From: Eledone cirrhosa
Lineage: Eukaryota
DNA length: 64,000 nt
Assembly (NCBI GenBank): GCA_964016885.1
Contig: OZ024743.1
Location: 286,502,001-286,566,000 of the forward strand
Direction: 5' to 3'
In this document: piece after piece, positions 40,532 to 53,900 of the stretch
Layout: every line of letters starts with the position of its first letter
Position numbering within the stretch: the stretch's first letter is position 1
Made by a program: the position numbers and the translations under genes
Notes under the pieces: model-generated
What the model was told of the DNA's origin: nothing
The model's database searches: none
The model's input: only the letters and a program-made list of their open reading frames with translations

Positions 40532-42475
40532 AAACCTATAAATAATTAAAACAATATTTTGAATTGATTATTACCTCACAGTACATGACTTGGCATTTTT
40601 TCCTGGATTTAAAGTTATCCTATTTATTTAAATACCAGTTTATTCATTACTTTCACTTTTCCATAACGTGCATTATATGGTTTAGAAACAAAATGAGTCC
40701 GTTTGAGAGTATTTAATTGAAGTAATGATCTCTATTCATATTGTATAGTCTTTTTTTTTTGTTACGTGTCAATTGCTTGGAGATAAAACATTCATTCTTT
40801 TCCTTATTCGCGGTTCAGTCATAGCTTCGAAGCCATCTGGTTTTCTAAGCTATCAAAAATCTATATTTGTCATTAAAAAATAAAATTGTTCCTGTCCTGT
40901 AGTGTAACTTAATCACCTACCACCTGCAGAGAATAATAACCAAGCAAAATAATGAAGGTAGTGTGTATTAAAATGCTATTTGAAAATTTTAAGGCTGAAA
41001 TGTTATAAATGCAATCAATAGATGTGTGTACACTTTAAAAACAAGCAAAATATATTTACATGCATCTAAGAAATTTTGAGATCATTTCTATGAAATTTTA
41101 AATTCTATGGCTTAAATCTTTTAAGGACAAAAATTCCATTCCACATGTTAACATATTCAAACAATTTTGAGTGGAAAAACGTTACGATATTAAACATTTC
41201 ACTCGCATTACTGTCATTGTTTTGCTCTAGTAATCTATTTTTATTTATTATAGATTGGGAGATTATTTATTTATAAATTCTTCATTGTAAATCAAGGTAG
41301 CCACTCTGTAGAACATGGATTACTCAATTCGTGTAGTTTAAAAACAAATTCTGTTGACTTTTTCTTTCTTGATATCGATTCGTAAGTACTCGTATCTCAT
41401 GCAAGTTAGTGGTTTACTGATGGATATTGAATTGAATTTCGTTGTATGAACATGGCATTTAAAAAATTATTTAGAAGTCTTTTTTTCACATTTGTACCCA
41501 CTTCCCTCCTTTATATGAGAAGAAAAAAATCAGCAAATTGCTCTTATTTAAAATGAACAAGTACAACTGCCATAGAAAAGATAATATTCAAATTGCATAA
41601 TAGATGTGATGTGCAAAGCTTAGGATAGGTAGTAAAACAAAACTATCTTAAAACTCTAATCTTGCAGTTGCCTAGTTTTTAACATTTATACAATTACAAT
41701 TTGTATACATAACATATCTTAGAAGAAACACTGCTCTCCAGGCCTTTGTGTGTGTGACTATATTGTCAAATACATGTTTCCTGGTTTAAGAGAGTAGGGT
41801 GTAATTTGAGTAAAATTGAGATGAAATATCTAATAGATCTCGCAACTGTGCAAAGGCCTATCTTAGTAGTTAGTTCCAAGTAAATGTAACTGTCGCTTTC
41901 TCCCTCTTCAACTTTGGTAGACTTAAGATAAAGGGTGTTTCGGTTGTAACCATCCAACCTTACCAGTAACTATATAGTCGAATATATACTTCAAGATGAG
42001 TAAGGCGATGTTTGACGGGCAATTTCAAGCCCAAGTTGCTTTTCTTAATATTATATTTGTAGTGTTTGAGCAAGAACAATATAATTTATTTTATACATTT
42101 GTGGCAAAAGTGTACTTTCAAACTTATGACAAGTAATATATATATATATATATATATATATAATTCCTTCAAAAGTTATTTAAACTGGCCATATCTGGCA
42201 AGAATTCTCACACCTCTCTCTTCAAACTGGTTGTAGCCAGCCACTTATACTGATGTTATGGTATTGTTCTCAAAATAAATATCAAAATCTCATAGATTCG
42301 ATATTATGTGAGGTAAAACTTTTTACTGTGAAAATATAATAGTATATATAGAGTAATGTAAATGCTAAAAGTTTAAGGAGCAGTGTGAGATGAGTTACTT
42401 AGGATGCAAATTCTATTTGACCTCTTGATAATTTTTTATAAACTACTTTATAAATTCGTTTTTTCTTTCTTCCAG

Positions 42476-42735
42476 GTTGCAAAAACCCTGACAGTGGTGT
42501 AGGAATCTATGCTTCTGATCCAGATGCATACACCGTATTTGCTGAAGTCCTTGATGCTGTCGTCATGGATTATCATAAAATTGATAAAGTCAGCCACCCA
42601 ACACCAAACTTTGGTGATGTTACCAACTTGAACATTGGTGATCTTGATCCATCTGGTGATCTTATTGTATCTACACGTGTCCGTGTGGGTAGGAGTCACG
42701 ACAGCTTTGGCTTCCCTCCTGTCCTCACTAAAGAC
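42476..42735 (+). CDS. AK: Arginine kinase exon 2
   Basis: Acceptor tttcttccag|; CKNPDSGVGIYASDPDAY...STRVRVGRS...VLTKD; donor |gtatg; 260 nt. Confidence 0.97.
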
Positions 42736-43099
42736 GTATGTTGCTTTCTTGCTTTAATAACATTTCGTAGCCTATTTACTTTATATCTTAATATATGACT
42801 CGATGCTAATTGAAGTAATTTTCAGTATATTCAAAATTTTTAATAACAAAAGCGCAATCTAATAGTTGACTGTTTAAATGACTTAGCCTTATTGGGATTT
42901 GTCTTGGTTAAAAGAAATATATGGTATGTGGGTGCATAGAATCCACAGCATTGTTGATTAATTAAATAAAATTTTCTAAGATTTAGCTTGAACAAAGTAA
43001 ACAATATATTAATATTTATTAAGGTTCACAGATATTGCTTTCTGTTATTCTTGAAATTGTCGATTTCATTAACTATTAAGATGATTTTATTTTTAACAG

Positions 43100-43248
43100 G
43101 ATCGTGTTAAAATGGAAAAAGTTTCCGTTGATGCTTTGAAATCCCTTGAAGGTGAATTGGCTGGTACCTATCATCCCCTCACCAACATGGCTCCTGATGT
43201 CCAGAAGCAATTGACAGATGATCATTTTCTGTTTAACGACTCTGACAG
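43100..43248 (+). CDS. AK: Arginine kinase exon 3
   Basis: ttttaacag|; DRVKMEK...LTDDHFLFNDSD-R; |gttag; 149 nt. Confidence 0.97.
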
Positions 43249-44940
43249 GTTAGTTAAGATTGCTCTATTTTCTGTTTTGAGATATTATCAGTTTTTGTTA
43301 CTTGAATATGATTGTGCAAAAATTACTGCTGCTGTGTCTCTTATTTCTGTCATGTAACTCAAATATCTAACATTACTTACTTAAAATTCCCTAATGGTGA
43401 AAGATTAATATATTTGTGAACAATCATTGGTTCATTGTATTTTTTATGGCAAGTGACAAATAGATTGAATATCCAACTACTTAGTTTCAAAGCAAACAAC
43501 CATGCAGTCATGTTTGTGCTCAATTGATGAAAAGGAATTTTCACTGAAAAATATTTTTTATAGACAGCTTTTTTTTTTTTATCTTGATTATACATAGTGT
43601 AGGCTAAACTATATAGATTCTGTAGTGCAATTGAAGTAAATCAGTTAATGTACCAGTAATTTATTTGAACTGGCTGCCATATATGCAAATTATTCTATCA
43701 AATTGACTTAATTCCATAGGAACGGTGCGTTTATTAGCAGTAACTCAATTAAAAAGGGTAGTTACTGATAAAAGTTCATCGTTGAAATTAGTCTAGGTGA
43801 TTTTTTCTTTTTCTTTTTCTTTTTCTTTTTCTTTTTCTTTTTCTTTTTCTTTTTTTTCTTTTTTTTTTTTGATTTTTCTCTCTCCACTCTTCAGTCCATC
43901 AATATATATATTCTGAGGTATTTCTGTTTGTCTATACATACACAACCTACTGCTAATAGTGTTGGCTAAAATCTATGCACTACAGTAGCATAATTGAAAG
44001 ATTACGGGTTTTAAATTTTATAACTTTTTGTAACATTTTTAGAATTAATGAATACTGTAGTTTTGTTACAAGTAACTTAATATCATTGTTGGCAAGAGCA
44101 GGAGTGGAATGATAAGCCATTGCATCTTAGTGGTGTATAAACCAATCACTTTGACAAAGTGAAAGTCAGATCCAGTCCAATCCGTAAGGTGGTTGGGCTG
44201 GTGACAATAAAAAGCACCCAGTCCACACTGTATTGTGGTTGGTGTTAGGAAAGGCATCCAACTGTATAAACCAAACCAAAATGCAGATCCATATGACTTG
44301 TCTCATAACATGACAACCCATCTAACCCTTGCAAGCATGGAACATGGATGTTAAATGATGAGATGATCAATGTGTTAGCAGGCTTTTACAGTCTTTCTAA
44401 ACTTGCTGCTACTTATAGGTCAGTTACAGATGAATGCAGCTTTGAGTGATTGCTAAGTGTGCTTCCAGGAACTGATATATTGAAAGGGAGGGAAATATTT
44501 ACTAATTAGATTTGGACAAATTCATTATTCCATATGTTGTATTTTCAATGGAATGTACAATTGTCTTTTGGCAAAGATTTTCTCTCTGGAGGTGGCATAA
44601 GGTGGGTGAGCATATCATTTTACATCTGCTTTCATGCTAACACAGGCCAGAGGGTCTTTACAGTCAATTCTTTTTCAATATAGTTACTGCCCTCCCAGTT
44701 GGGTTGGAGAACCATGTCTTGCTTGTAATAAAATATCTATTTTATTAAAGCTCTAACACGTCTTTAGAAAGAGCATTTGAATTCTGTTGAGCAATGTTGA
44801 ATTTAATAAGAAATACTGACAACTATTTCTAAATGTTTTCTATAGAATACTACTTTTTTATTGAAATGTATTTTATATATTGCTTCAACCTATGAATTTT
44901 TAGCCAATACTATACAGCTTATATGTTTATTACTTTTCAG

Positions 44941-45106
44941 ATTCTTGAAGGCAGCTAGTGGTTATGATGACTGGCCTACTGGCAGAGGCATCTATTTCAG
45001 CGAGAACAAGACTTTCTTGTGTTGGGTCAATGAGGAAGATCATCTTAGGTTGATTTCCATGCAGAAAGGTGGTAATTTGGGTGAGGTCTATGCCAGATTG
45101 GTCAAT
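44941..45106 (+). CDS. AK: Arginine kinase exon 4
   Basis: cttttcag|; [16 protein letters not shown]...[17 protein letters not shown]; |gtaag; 166 nt. Confidence 0.98.
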
Positions 45107-45846
45107 GTAAGTAACCAAACTTCAATTATCCACTTCTTAGATATTTAATAAAATGTTTTGGCTGCCCTAACAATTATATTTTCCTTATTTCGCATCACCA
45201 TTAGATGAAACTTGGCAATAATATTGAAGGACTGACTGGGATTTTAGGATTATTTAAAACCATTTGTTATTGAACCAGGATTTAATACTGGTCAGGAGTT
45301 ATGTCCAAGATGTTATGTAAATATTAGACAATGTTTAGCAGATCATCATTCTATACTAGTGACTTTCAGTTTGCAGTATTTCAAGGATCTCTTGTCTTTA
45401 TTTCATCTTCAAAGCCCAGTGTTTTGAAATTTAACAAGTTTCAAAATTTTTATTAGTTATTTAACAATAATGTCTATAGTTTTACTGTGTTCTGTATCTT
45501 GTTCACTCCTTACTTTGTAACTTTATTCATTATCTTCAGTGACCTTTTATTTCCTGTTACTTTCTGAAATAATTGCTAATGATTGCACTTAAGATATCAA
45601 TAATTTGGTTTAGCAACTCTCTGTATCATGCTTCCTACAATGGATAATGTAGTTCTAGTTACACTGAAGAAAACAATTCCCAGCTGGAATGCATTTATTT
45701 GATTGTATTGATTGACCTGTAATAAACTCACTCTGCAGAACTGTACCTTTTCTTGCTTACATGTATTTATTTCACAATTTCCAGACCAGTATCTATAGCT
45801 GATATTTACACTAGTTTCAAGCACTCTGCATGCCATTTATACTTAG

Positions 45847-45930
45847 ATAATTAATTATAGTGACACTTTCAATTTTACTGAAGATAAACATTACTTCAGT
45901 AAAATTGAAAGTGTCACTATAATTAATTAT
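45847..45930. repeat. Perfect 37-bp inverted repeat with 10-nt loop (AK intron 4)
   Basis: ataattaattatagtgacactttcaattttactgaag and its exact reverse complement. Confidence 0.95.
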
Positions 45931-46328
45931 AGGCTTTGCTTGCTGATGCAGATTCTCTGAACCTATTCCATATTTTTTATTTATTTATTGACTACATTAT
46001 TTCATCAGGTTACAGCCACTGGTCTTAATACCTTACAGTAAATTATTAGTTGTATTCTACAATAAAAGTAATATCAGCAAGAGCCCTTTTCAGTGTATAC
46101 ACCCTCTTTCACTTAATACTTCTATTCTCTTTCTCATTTATTAGAGCATTTTATATATATATTATTTATCATCACTGTTTTACGTCCATTCTTCCATGCT
46201 AGCTTGGGTTAGATGTGTTGTCCTGTTGTGTCAGGTCGGGTGATCTTGTCTTGCTCATACAGGATATATTTATTTATATTTTTTTTTATATATCATCATC
46301 ATCGTTTAACGTCTATCATGGGTTATAT

Positions 46329-46494
46329 ATACCATCTTTAATAAAGGGAAGGACAAGTATTTAACAGTGTACAGGACAGTGTAATGTAACTGATTATGAT
46401 ATATATATATATATATATATATATCATAATCAGTTACATTACACTGTCCTGTACACTGTTAAATACTTGTCCTTCCCTTTATTAAAGATGGTAT
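46329..46494. repeat. Perfect ~166-bp palindrome centred on (AT)n (AK intron 4)
   Basis: ataccatctttaataaaggg...ctgattatg(at)n cataatcag...ccctttattaaagatggtat. Confidence 0.95.
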
Positions 46495-46850
46495 TGTAAT
46501 TTGAGGATATTTCGCAATTTTTGTCAGGTCAAAGTAGAAGCTCTCAACTGATTAGGAAGAGGAATCAATGAGATAGTTTAGATCCATCACAAGATGGAGT
46601 ACAAAAGCTGCCCTCTTCTGGTTCTAACAACTGCTTATTAAAAAAAATTCATTTTGATCTTTTTCGTTCTGACATGATAAAAATATTTTTTTTATGAGCC
46701 AATTCTAAATTTCATTAACATTATCTATCTTCTAAAGAGTAAATGATAGCTTTTCTGGTTGTTGTTGATTACATTTGAAATTGTTTGGTTTTATTTAAAT
46801 TTCTAATTTCTTATGTCAGTGTTGTCTATTTTCATAAATTATTTTTCCAG

Positions 46851-47031
46851 GCTATCCAGCAGATGGAAAAGAAACTGAAGTTTGCCAAGAAGGATAACAT
46901 GGGTTACTTGACATTCTGCCCAAGCAACTTGGGTACTACCATGAGAGCTAGTGTGCATATTAAGATCCCTAAGGTTGCTAAGAGACCAGATTTCAAAGCT
47001 ATCTGTGACGAACACAACCTTCAAGCCAGAG
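46851..47031 (+). CDS. AK: Arginine kinase exon 5
   Basis: tttttccag|; [19 protein letters not shown] active-site motif; G|gtaaa; 181 nt. Confidence 0.98.
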
Positions 47032-47137
47032 GTAAAGTGTTTTTTTTTGTTTTTTTTTTTTTGTTTTTTTTTTAAATTTCTTGACATATACATTTCCAGA
47101 ATGTTTTCATTGGTTTTATTTATCGTTCTAATTTTAG

Positions 47138-47280
47138 GTATCCATGGTGAACATACTGAAAGTGTTGGTGGAGTCTATGATATCTCTAATAAACGCCGTA
47201 TGGGACTCACAGAATTTGAGGCTGTGAATGAAATGATGAGAGGTGTCAATGAGATCATCCGGCTGGAAAAGGCTGCCTAG
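47138..47280 (+). CDS. AK: Arginine kinase exon 6 (terminal)
   Basis: attttag|; (G)[25 protein letters not shown]...KAA*; total CDS 1050 nt with exon 1a or 1047 nt with exon 1b. Confidence 0.98.
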
Positions 47281-47303
47281 ATCATTTTTTTTTTCTATTG
47301 TAA

Positions 47304-47420
47304 AATAAAAAAAAATGTATCCGAGATCGGATAGCAAAATAAGTCTACAATGTTAGATTGTTTGAAAATCTCAGATACATTTAGACTGTAAAAGGCTTCT
47401 GCCATCCAGGCGAGAATAAA
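47304..47420 (+). terminator. Candidate AK polyadenylation signals
   Basis: AATAAA at 47304-47309 and 47415-47420, the second followed by a T-rich tract. Confidence 0.6.
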
Positions 47421-47629
47421 GACTTTAAACATTTTTTTTTTTTTTTTTTTGTTTTAATGTTAATGATTTACATAAGAACCAGCAACTTGGTTTAAAATAT
47501 GTTTTAATAACTGAATACTTGTATTTGTTAGTTTTACAAAATCCTTTGTCATAATCTGTATATTCCTGGAAGATATGACACTGGCCCTCTGACACTTTAG
47601 CACTGTCAGTATTGGAGAACACAACTTCA

Positions 47630-48200
47630 GATTCACTGATGACATTGATTTACCAAGCAACAAAAGATAACTCGCCATTTTAATGAATCTCCAGATATGG
47701 AATGGAAATTAGCATTGAAAAAGCAAGACAGAATTGACACTGGAATCAGTCATTGACTGTGGGAGCTTGAGATGGTTGACTATTTCAAATACCTAGGTGC
47801 CATCATGAATAAAGGGTCAAAGCAAGAAATCCTTTCAAAAGCTATTTGAGCATTAAACCAATATGGTGAAACATGAACATCAGGCTTGAAACTAAACTAA
47901 AGATCATGCATACTCTAGTACTCTAGTACTTTCTATCTTATAAAATACTGTCAAGATAGGGATGCTCGCAGTGAAATTACAGAATGGAAAACTGACATTT
48001 GAAATGAGATGCTACAGAAAAATCATGGGCACATAAAGAAAGCATTTGCATAGCAATTAGGCAACTATGAAAACCTGCTAACCTCTATAGAGAAAGCTGC
48101 AATGGTACAGGTTCATAAGATCTGATAGATTGACCCAGACCATCTTTCAAGGAACAGTTCAGAAGAAAAGAAGGCAAGGACATCTGAAGAAATGGACCAC
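47630..48200 (+). mobile_element. Highly decayed RTE-like LINE fragment
   Basis: Remnant motifs LEMVDYFKYLG, FEMRCYRKIMG, IFQGTV. Confidence 0.55.
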
Positions 48201-48668
48201 TTTGAGGGTTTAAGGGAAATATAAAAGATAGTAGGATGTGAAGTATTGTTTTCTAGATTGAATGACTACACTGGCTTCATTGATTTTTGGAAATTATGAA
48301 AATTTTGTTTTTAGACTAAATTCAAAGATAGTTCTCTTTTCCCAACTTTGATATTTCCTTAAGTTTAAAAGCTAGTTTTAGGAAATATGAAGAAAGTGCA
48401 AATTGCTTATTGAACATTGTATTCAGTTCATATTCATACTGATGTCAGTTTCAGGTAGACTTAAGGACTATTTAATGTATGTGTAATCTAAATCTATTAA
48501 CAAAATAGATTTCAAGGACATGACAACCTCACTAATGTTGCTTCCACTGTAAAGGGCACCCAGTCATAAAACCATGCTAAAATATGGTTGTCTAGTCTCA
48601 GGCTGAAGTTTGCCTAAATCATGCCAGCAGGGAAAATAGAGTAAAATAATATATAATGAAAACTTTAA

Positions 48669-48831
48669 CTCTTTAGCATTCAAACTTGCCATAACTGGCC
48701 ACTCATACTGATGTTAAAGTATTGTTTTCAAAATAAATATCAAAATCTCAGATTCAATATTATGCAAGATAAAAAAAGCCTTTACTGTGAAAATACAATA
48801 GTAAATATAGAGTAATGTAAATGCTAAAGGG
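48669..48831. mobile_element. piggyBac-like MITE (family of 25703-25920)
   Basis: ttaa|ctctttagcatt ... aatgctaaaggg|ttaa. Confidence 0.85.
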
Positions 48832-50579
48832 TTAATGTAGTGTAACTGCCATTATATTTTCTGATTTATTTTGAAAAATATAAAAAAGTTTCAGATCTAA
48901 ACTAAAAATATTGACTTGTCCTATCCAACCTACAAGATTCACATATTAATGTCCCAAACAGGGTCACTTAATTTTGGGGGTGCAAAGTGTTGCGACTCAT
49001 TCTCTGCTTTCACCCTTGTAAAGCTGGGCACCACTGCCTACAGAGGAGAGGAAGATAATTAACTTGACTCACCACTTACTAGTCGTATTAGCTGCTGTTG
49101 AGACCTTAAGTGTCCTTGGTCCCTGCACTGCTGATTTCCTTTGTAAAAGTGGAATGGGTGTTGCTGGCTAATCTCCACAGCAATACTTTAACCATTTTAT
49201 CTGTAGGGTACACGGTGGAAACTGCTCTGACTGGCGAGTAGTCTGTCGTCCCCTGTCCCTCTTTTCTTTCATTGCTTAATTCGTTTTTTTTATTTTTTTT
49301 ATTTTACTATTGGGAGTTATAAATACAACTAAATGCGTGCACTTAACTGAGATGTAAGCTTACTGCAGAAGGGAGATAATTTCATTGTTTAAGCGCTACT
49401 TTGAAACCTGCAACAATACTAAAGTGTGATTTAATTGCCTTGCATTAAACAGACAGTTTCTTTTTGCCCGACTCATTTTTAAAAAAATATACTCTAGGAT
49501 GGTCAAGCTGCCAACAAAAACGGGCATCATTTTTCTTATCTCTAATGAGTTTTATTTCAAGCTCTATCATTTCTGGAGTATGCTCATAAAAAAAAAAAAG
49601 CCTTGACTTGGTGTCTGCAATACTTACTCTGAACTATACCCAACTTCCAAGTTTTATGTTCATTAGGTCACCTTAACCGTCAAAGCTAATGCCATTCTGG
49701 AGCAACACTGATCTGAAATCAAAATATAATCTGGAATTCATGGAATCTGATGATCTGCATCAGCAACAATTAGTTCATAAGTTCAATTGGGAAGAATCTA
49801 ATATTTCAAGCTCTTACTCTTTGTATAATGAAAGTAGTGTTGGTGTTTTCACTGCACTCTATGCAATTCCTATCTCTCATTTTATTTCTAGCCATCTGCT
49901 TGTATGTCCACTTGATATTTTCTTTGTAGTGTTAGATTAATAGAATCAATGGTAGACAAAATATAGTAAATGTAGCTGTTCTCTTTCTATCCTTTTCAGT
50001 CTATGTAGACAAAAAGAAGGTTGATACTCTGTGGTAGTTGGGTAAGGGGTGTGAAACTAATTTACTATGGTGGATCAAACAATGTGAGTACCCAGTAGTG
50101 GGCTAGCTAACCTAACTGTCTAGTATAGGTCAATATTTGAGATGAATTTTTGAACCTATAATTAGGAAATCAGGTGCTGTCTAGGCCCAAGATTTTTACT
50201 TTTTCAAAAGGCTACTTGTGTAATGTTTGATCCTCTAATTGTAGGTTTAAAAGTTTCAGCCTGTACAAGAAATTGTACTACAGTATGAGCAATTTGTGAT
50301 TGATCACATACAAGACATTTAGGGAGTATACTTTTACCAATGTGAATAAAAACTAGTAATGTTACGTAGATAATTTAATTAAAATTTCAAAATAATAGAA
50401 TGAATAGCAATTTTGAAAACAGTTAACATAAAATCTATTTTATGATTGTATTGTATTTTCTGTCATACAAATGCTATAATCTGATAGAATCATTCTCAAA
50501 TGCTTTTATTCTTGCCAGAAGTCAGTGTTCTCTGCCAATGGTATTTTCTTTATCTCTTACACACGTGATATTTTTTCAT

Positions 50580-50757
50580 GGCAGTATCGGTAGAGTGTCG
50601 GACGCCATGCTTTCCAGCATAGTTACGTCCGTTTACGATCTGAGTTCAAATCCTGCCAAGGTTAACTTTGCCTTTCATCCTTACGGGGTCGATAAAATAA
50701 AGTACCAGTAATGCACTCGGTAATTTCTGGCCTTGTGCCTAAAGTAGAAACAATTAA
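50580..50757 (+). mobile_element. tRNA-derived SINE (family of 3170-3733)
   Basis: Family core present. Confidence 0.9.
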
Positions 50758-51559
50758 TGGTATATCAACAGATTTTCTGTATGTTAAAAGTTTGAGTGGA
50801 CAATTTCTTGGAAAATAATAATTGAAATTCTATGTACATATATTATTTGAAACGCATTTATATTTAACACAACTGAGTGTCCTCCCAATCCTTTGTTTAA
50901 CAATTGTTTGATTTCTACGGCTGAATAGGAAGGGCATTGAGTCATAGAAATCTTGCCAAACAAAGAGTTGAGAAGACCCTCAGTTGCGTCAAAGACATGA
51001 CAACCTCTCCTGTGAACTCGGTGGGACATGAGACTGTACATAAGCAAGATAGATCCTTTGCTTGTCTGGGAGATCAGGAGCTTCACTTCAGTATTGACTT
51101 GGTCTATGTAGATCCTTGTTAGCAGGGAAATAGGATGTTAAAATAGCAACGATGATAATGTGTGTGTATTTTTGCTTTTAATCCATAATAGCATTTTAAG
51201 AAATCTATAAAATAATTGATAAATTGAATAAGTACTGGGATCAGCATGATCAGTGAAACTTTAAGATATTTGTGAGGTTGTGAGTTCGATTTTTCAGATT
51301 GTTTGGGTCTTGAGCAAAACACTATTTCACATTGCCCTTTCTGCCAGTTGTTACCAGTAGATAGTATCAGCAATGGAAACATTGTTTATATATATATGTA
51401 TATATTATACTGCAGGCTATAATAGAGGAGTATAAGACCGTCTGCCCATGGGAACTCCTGTATGTGGAGTCTATGGTGGAACTAGAAAAAATTCCAAACA
51501 TGGAAGCATGGCCTAGAAACAAGGGGTCTTAAAGTCAAGTAGAAGAGAAAACAGCCCTG

Positions 51560-52260
51560 ATTCCCTCAGGGAAATGGCCTTGCTCAGTGTGTAGATAGAA
51601 ATTCCATCCTCTGTCACAAGAGATGTAGTGGGATCTGGGGAAGTCTAGCTAAAAATGTAGGTTTTATATGTAGCTGCTACACTGGGACAGTAAGCAGCAA
51701 ACAACCATATAAAACAAGTGCTATCAAATTCCTGGAAGGCTCAGGTAGATGCAGTAGACAGCTTCTGCTACCTGGGTAACCAAATTAGCAGTGGGGGTGG
51801 ATGTTCTGAAAGTACAGTGGCCAGAGTGAGAATGGGATGGAAGAAGTTCAGGGAGATACTACCACCGCTAGCTATAAAAGGCTGTTCCCTCAAAATGAAA
51901 GGCAGACTGTATGATGCATGAATACAAACAGCAATGTTGCACGGTAGTGAAACCTGGATGCTGTGTGCAGAAGACTTGCGTAGATTGGGAAGAAATGAAG
52001 CTGGCAGGATGTGTAACAGTAATTTACATAAATGGCAAAGCATAAATGAACTGAAAGAGAAACAAGGCATAAGAGGAATCGGATGCAGTGTCGGTATGGA
52101 TATGTGATGCGTTTGAAAGATGACAGCTGTATAAAAAGGTGCAGAGCGCACAAAGTCGATGGAATCTATGAAATGGGGAGAGGTGATAAAAGCTGACCTT
52201 GCTCAATTGCACCTCTCATAGACAATGACACAGGACCGAGATCTCTAGCGTAATACAAAA
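51560..52260 (+). mobile_element. Decayed 3' part of an RTE-like LINE (family of 23118-23652)
   Basis: VDSFCYLG...RVRMGWKKFREILP...KGRLYDA...MLHGSETW. Confidence 0.85.
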
Positions 52261-52402
52261 TACCCACCTTCCCATGGGCACAGGCTGAAGCTGAAGCATA
52301 CATATATATAGTATGCACTCCCATACATCTCTCATGCGAACAGGCTGTGGCATATATCCAGTGAAGTCTCCAGCCCACACTATAAAGAGGTTGTGATGGC
52401 AA

Positions 52403-52845
52403 CACGGCAAAAAAAGCTCCCAGCCCACATTGTAGATGTTGGCATTAGGAAGGGCATCCAGCCATAGAAACTAAGCCAAAAATAGTTCTGTGTGAATAAG
52501 ATACGGTCACCTGGCCCAACTAGCCTCAAATGGGACAACCTGTCTAACCCAAGCTTGCATGGAAAAATAGACATTAAACAATGAACATGATATGTATTGT
52601 CCCATTTGAGGCTAGTTGGGCCAGGTGACCATGTCTTGTTCACACAGAACTGTTTTGGGCTTAGTTTCTATGGCTGGACGCCCTTCCTAATGCCAACCAC
52701 ATCTACAGTGTGTGCTGGGTGCTTTTTGACGTGAGTCTTACATGACCACTTCACAGTATGGGTTGGATGCTTTTTGACGTGAGTCTTACATGACCACTTC
52801 ACAGTATGGGTTGGGTGCTTTTTGTCATGACACCTACATGACCAT
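52403..52845. repeat. Tail-to-tail inverted SINE duplication followed by three ~48-bp tandem units
   Basis: ggtcacctggcccaactagcctcaaatgggacaa versus its exact reverse complement at 52597-52630; tgctttttgacgtgagtcttacatgaccac repeated. Confidence 0.85.
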
Positions 52846-53265
52846 ATATATATATATATTGAATAAAAAAAATGCAAAGTAGTTGCAGATGTTCTTTATT
52901 GATAAGGCTATGATACATATTTCAATGACGACAGTGGCCACACGATTCCGCGCAACCAGTGCCATGATCTCATCAACCTTATTATGTAATGAAGTTGTCT
53001 GATGAGATCATGGCATGGGTTGCGTGGAGTCACAGTTGTCTTTTTTGTTGACTGTTTCGTGTTTGTTGTATTTTCTTTTTCTAGTGCTGCTGTTGTTTTT
53101 GATGTTGTGACTCTTGTTGCGGTTGTTTTTTGTTTGTCACTGTGGATTTTGTGGCTGAGACTATTGTTATTTTTGCTGTTTTTAAAAAGTCTTTTGGTTC
53201 ATTTGTCTTGGTACTTTTACCCTTTTGTGTTCAGGGGTTCAAAGTACTGGCAGCCCTTTTACTAA

Positions 53266-53900
53266 TTAGAACGTTTTTTTTACGTCCTTTGCAGTCTCCA
53301 CATTTGAGGTCTTGGTAAGTTTGGATGTGTTGGTTTGTGAGTTTCTTGAGGAGGTTGCAGTAGTCGAAGTGTTGCCAGTAGTGGTGGAGAGAAACGTTTC
53401 TTTCTTATCTCTTCCTCTAGAAGGGAAGAAAGCCTCAAGGTAGTCAGTTTTGCATCTTGGATGTTTGCCTTCCACCACAACTTGCATCAACTCATAATCC
53501 ATGAATGGGATATTGGTCAAGTCTTCTGATTTAACCATTGCTTGGAACTCCAAGGTCATTCCAGTTTTGTTTAGTTAGGGAAAGGATATAATTTCAACCA
53601 CTATCCCAAACTTTTCTACTATTGCCTTCACTCAGGTTTGGTAATTGTGGGGAGGTACATTGATGATCTTAATTCTGATTAGATGATGATCTGTGTGTAA
53701 GGAGATTATTACAAACTATTGGGAAGTTCATGTTATCGTCACCAGCTCGAGAGCCTTCTCACTTTCACATGTAACTGCCATTGTCCCATGTTGCTTACCT
53801 TTTTGTATGTAGGTGAGTGCAGGACACATCTCTTTAAAACACTTTCCATTTCACCCGTAGAAGGGCATCTCAGTTTCATTTGTCTTCTAATTATACATTT
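53266..53900 (-). mobile_element. Possible decayed ORF1/gag-like fragment of a non-LTR element
   Basis: Broken coding-like frames (MKLRCPSTGEMESVLK...; MQVVVEGKHPRC) followed by a T/K-rich low-complexity region; family assignment is weak. Confidence 0.35.

Noticed and set aside
45878-45920. CTGAAGA...GAAA hammerhead in the 37-bp hairpin
   Set aside because: No stem II or stem I pairing in the required register
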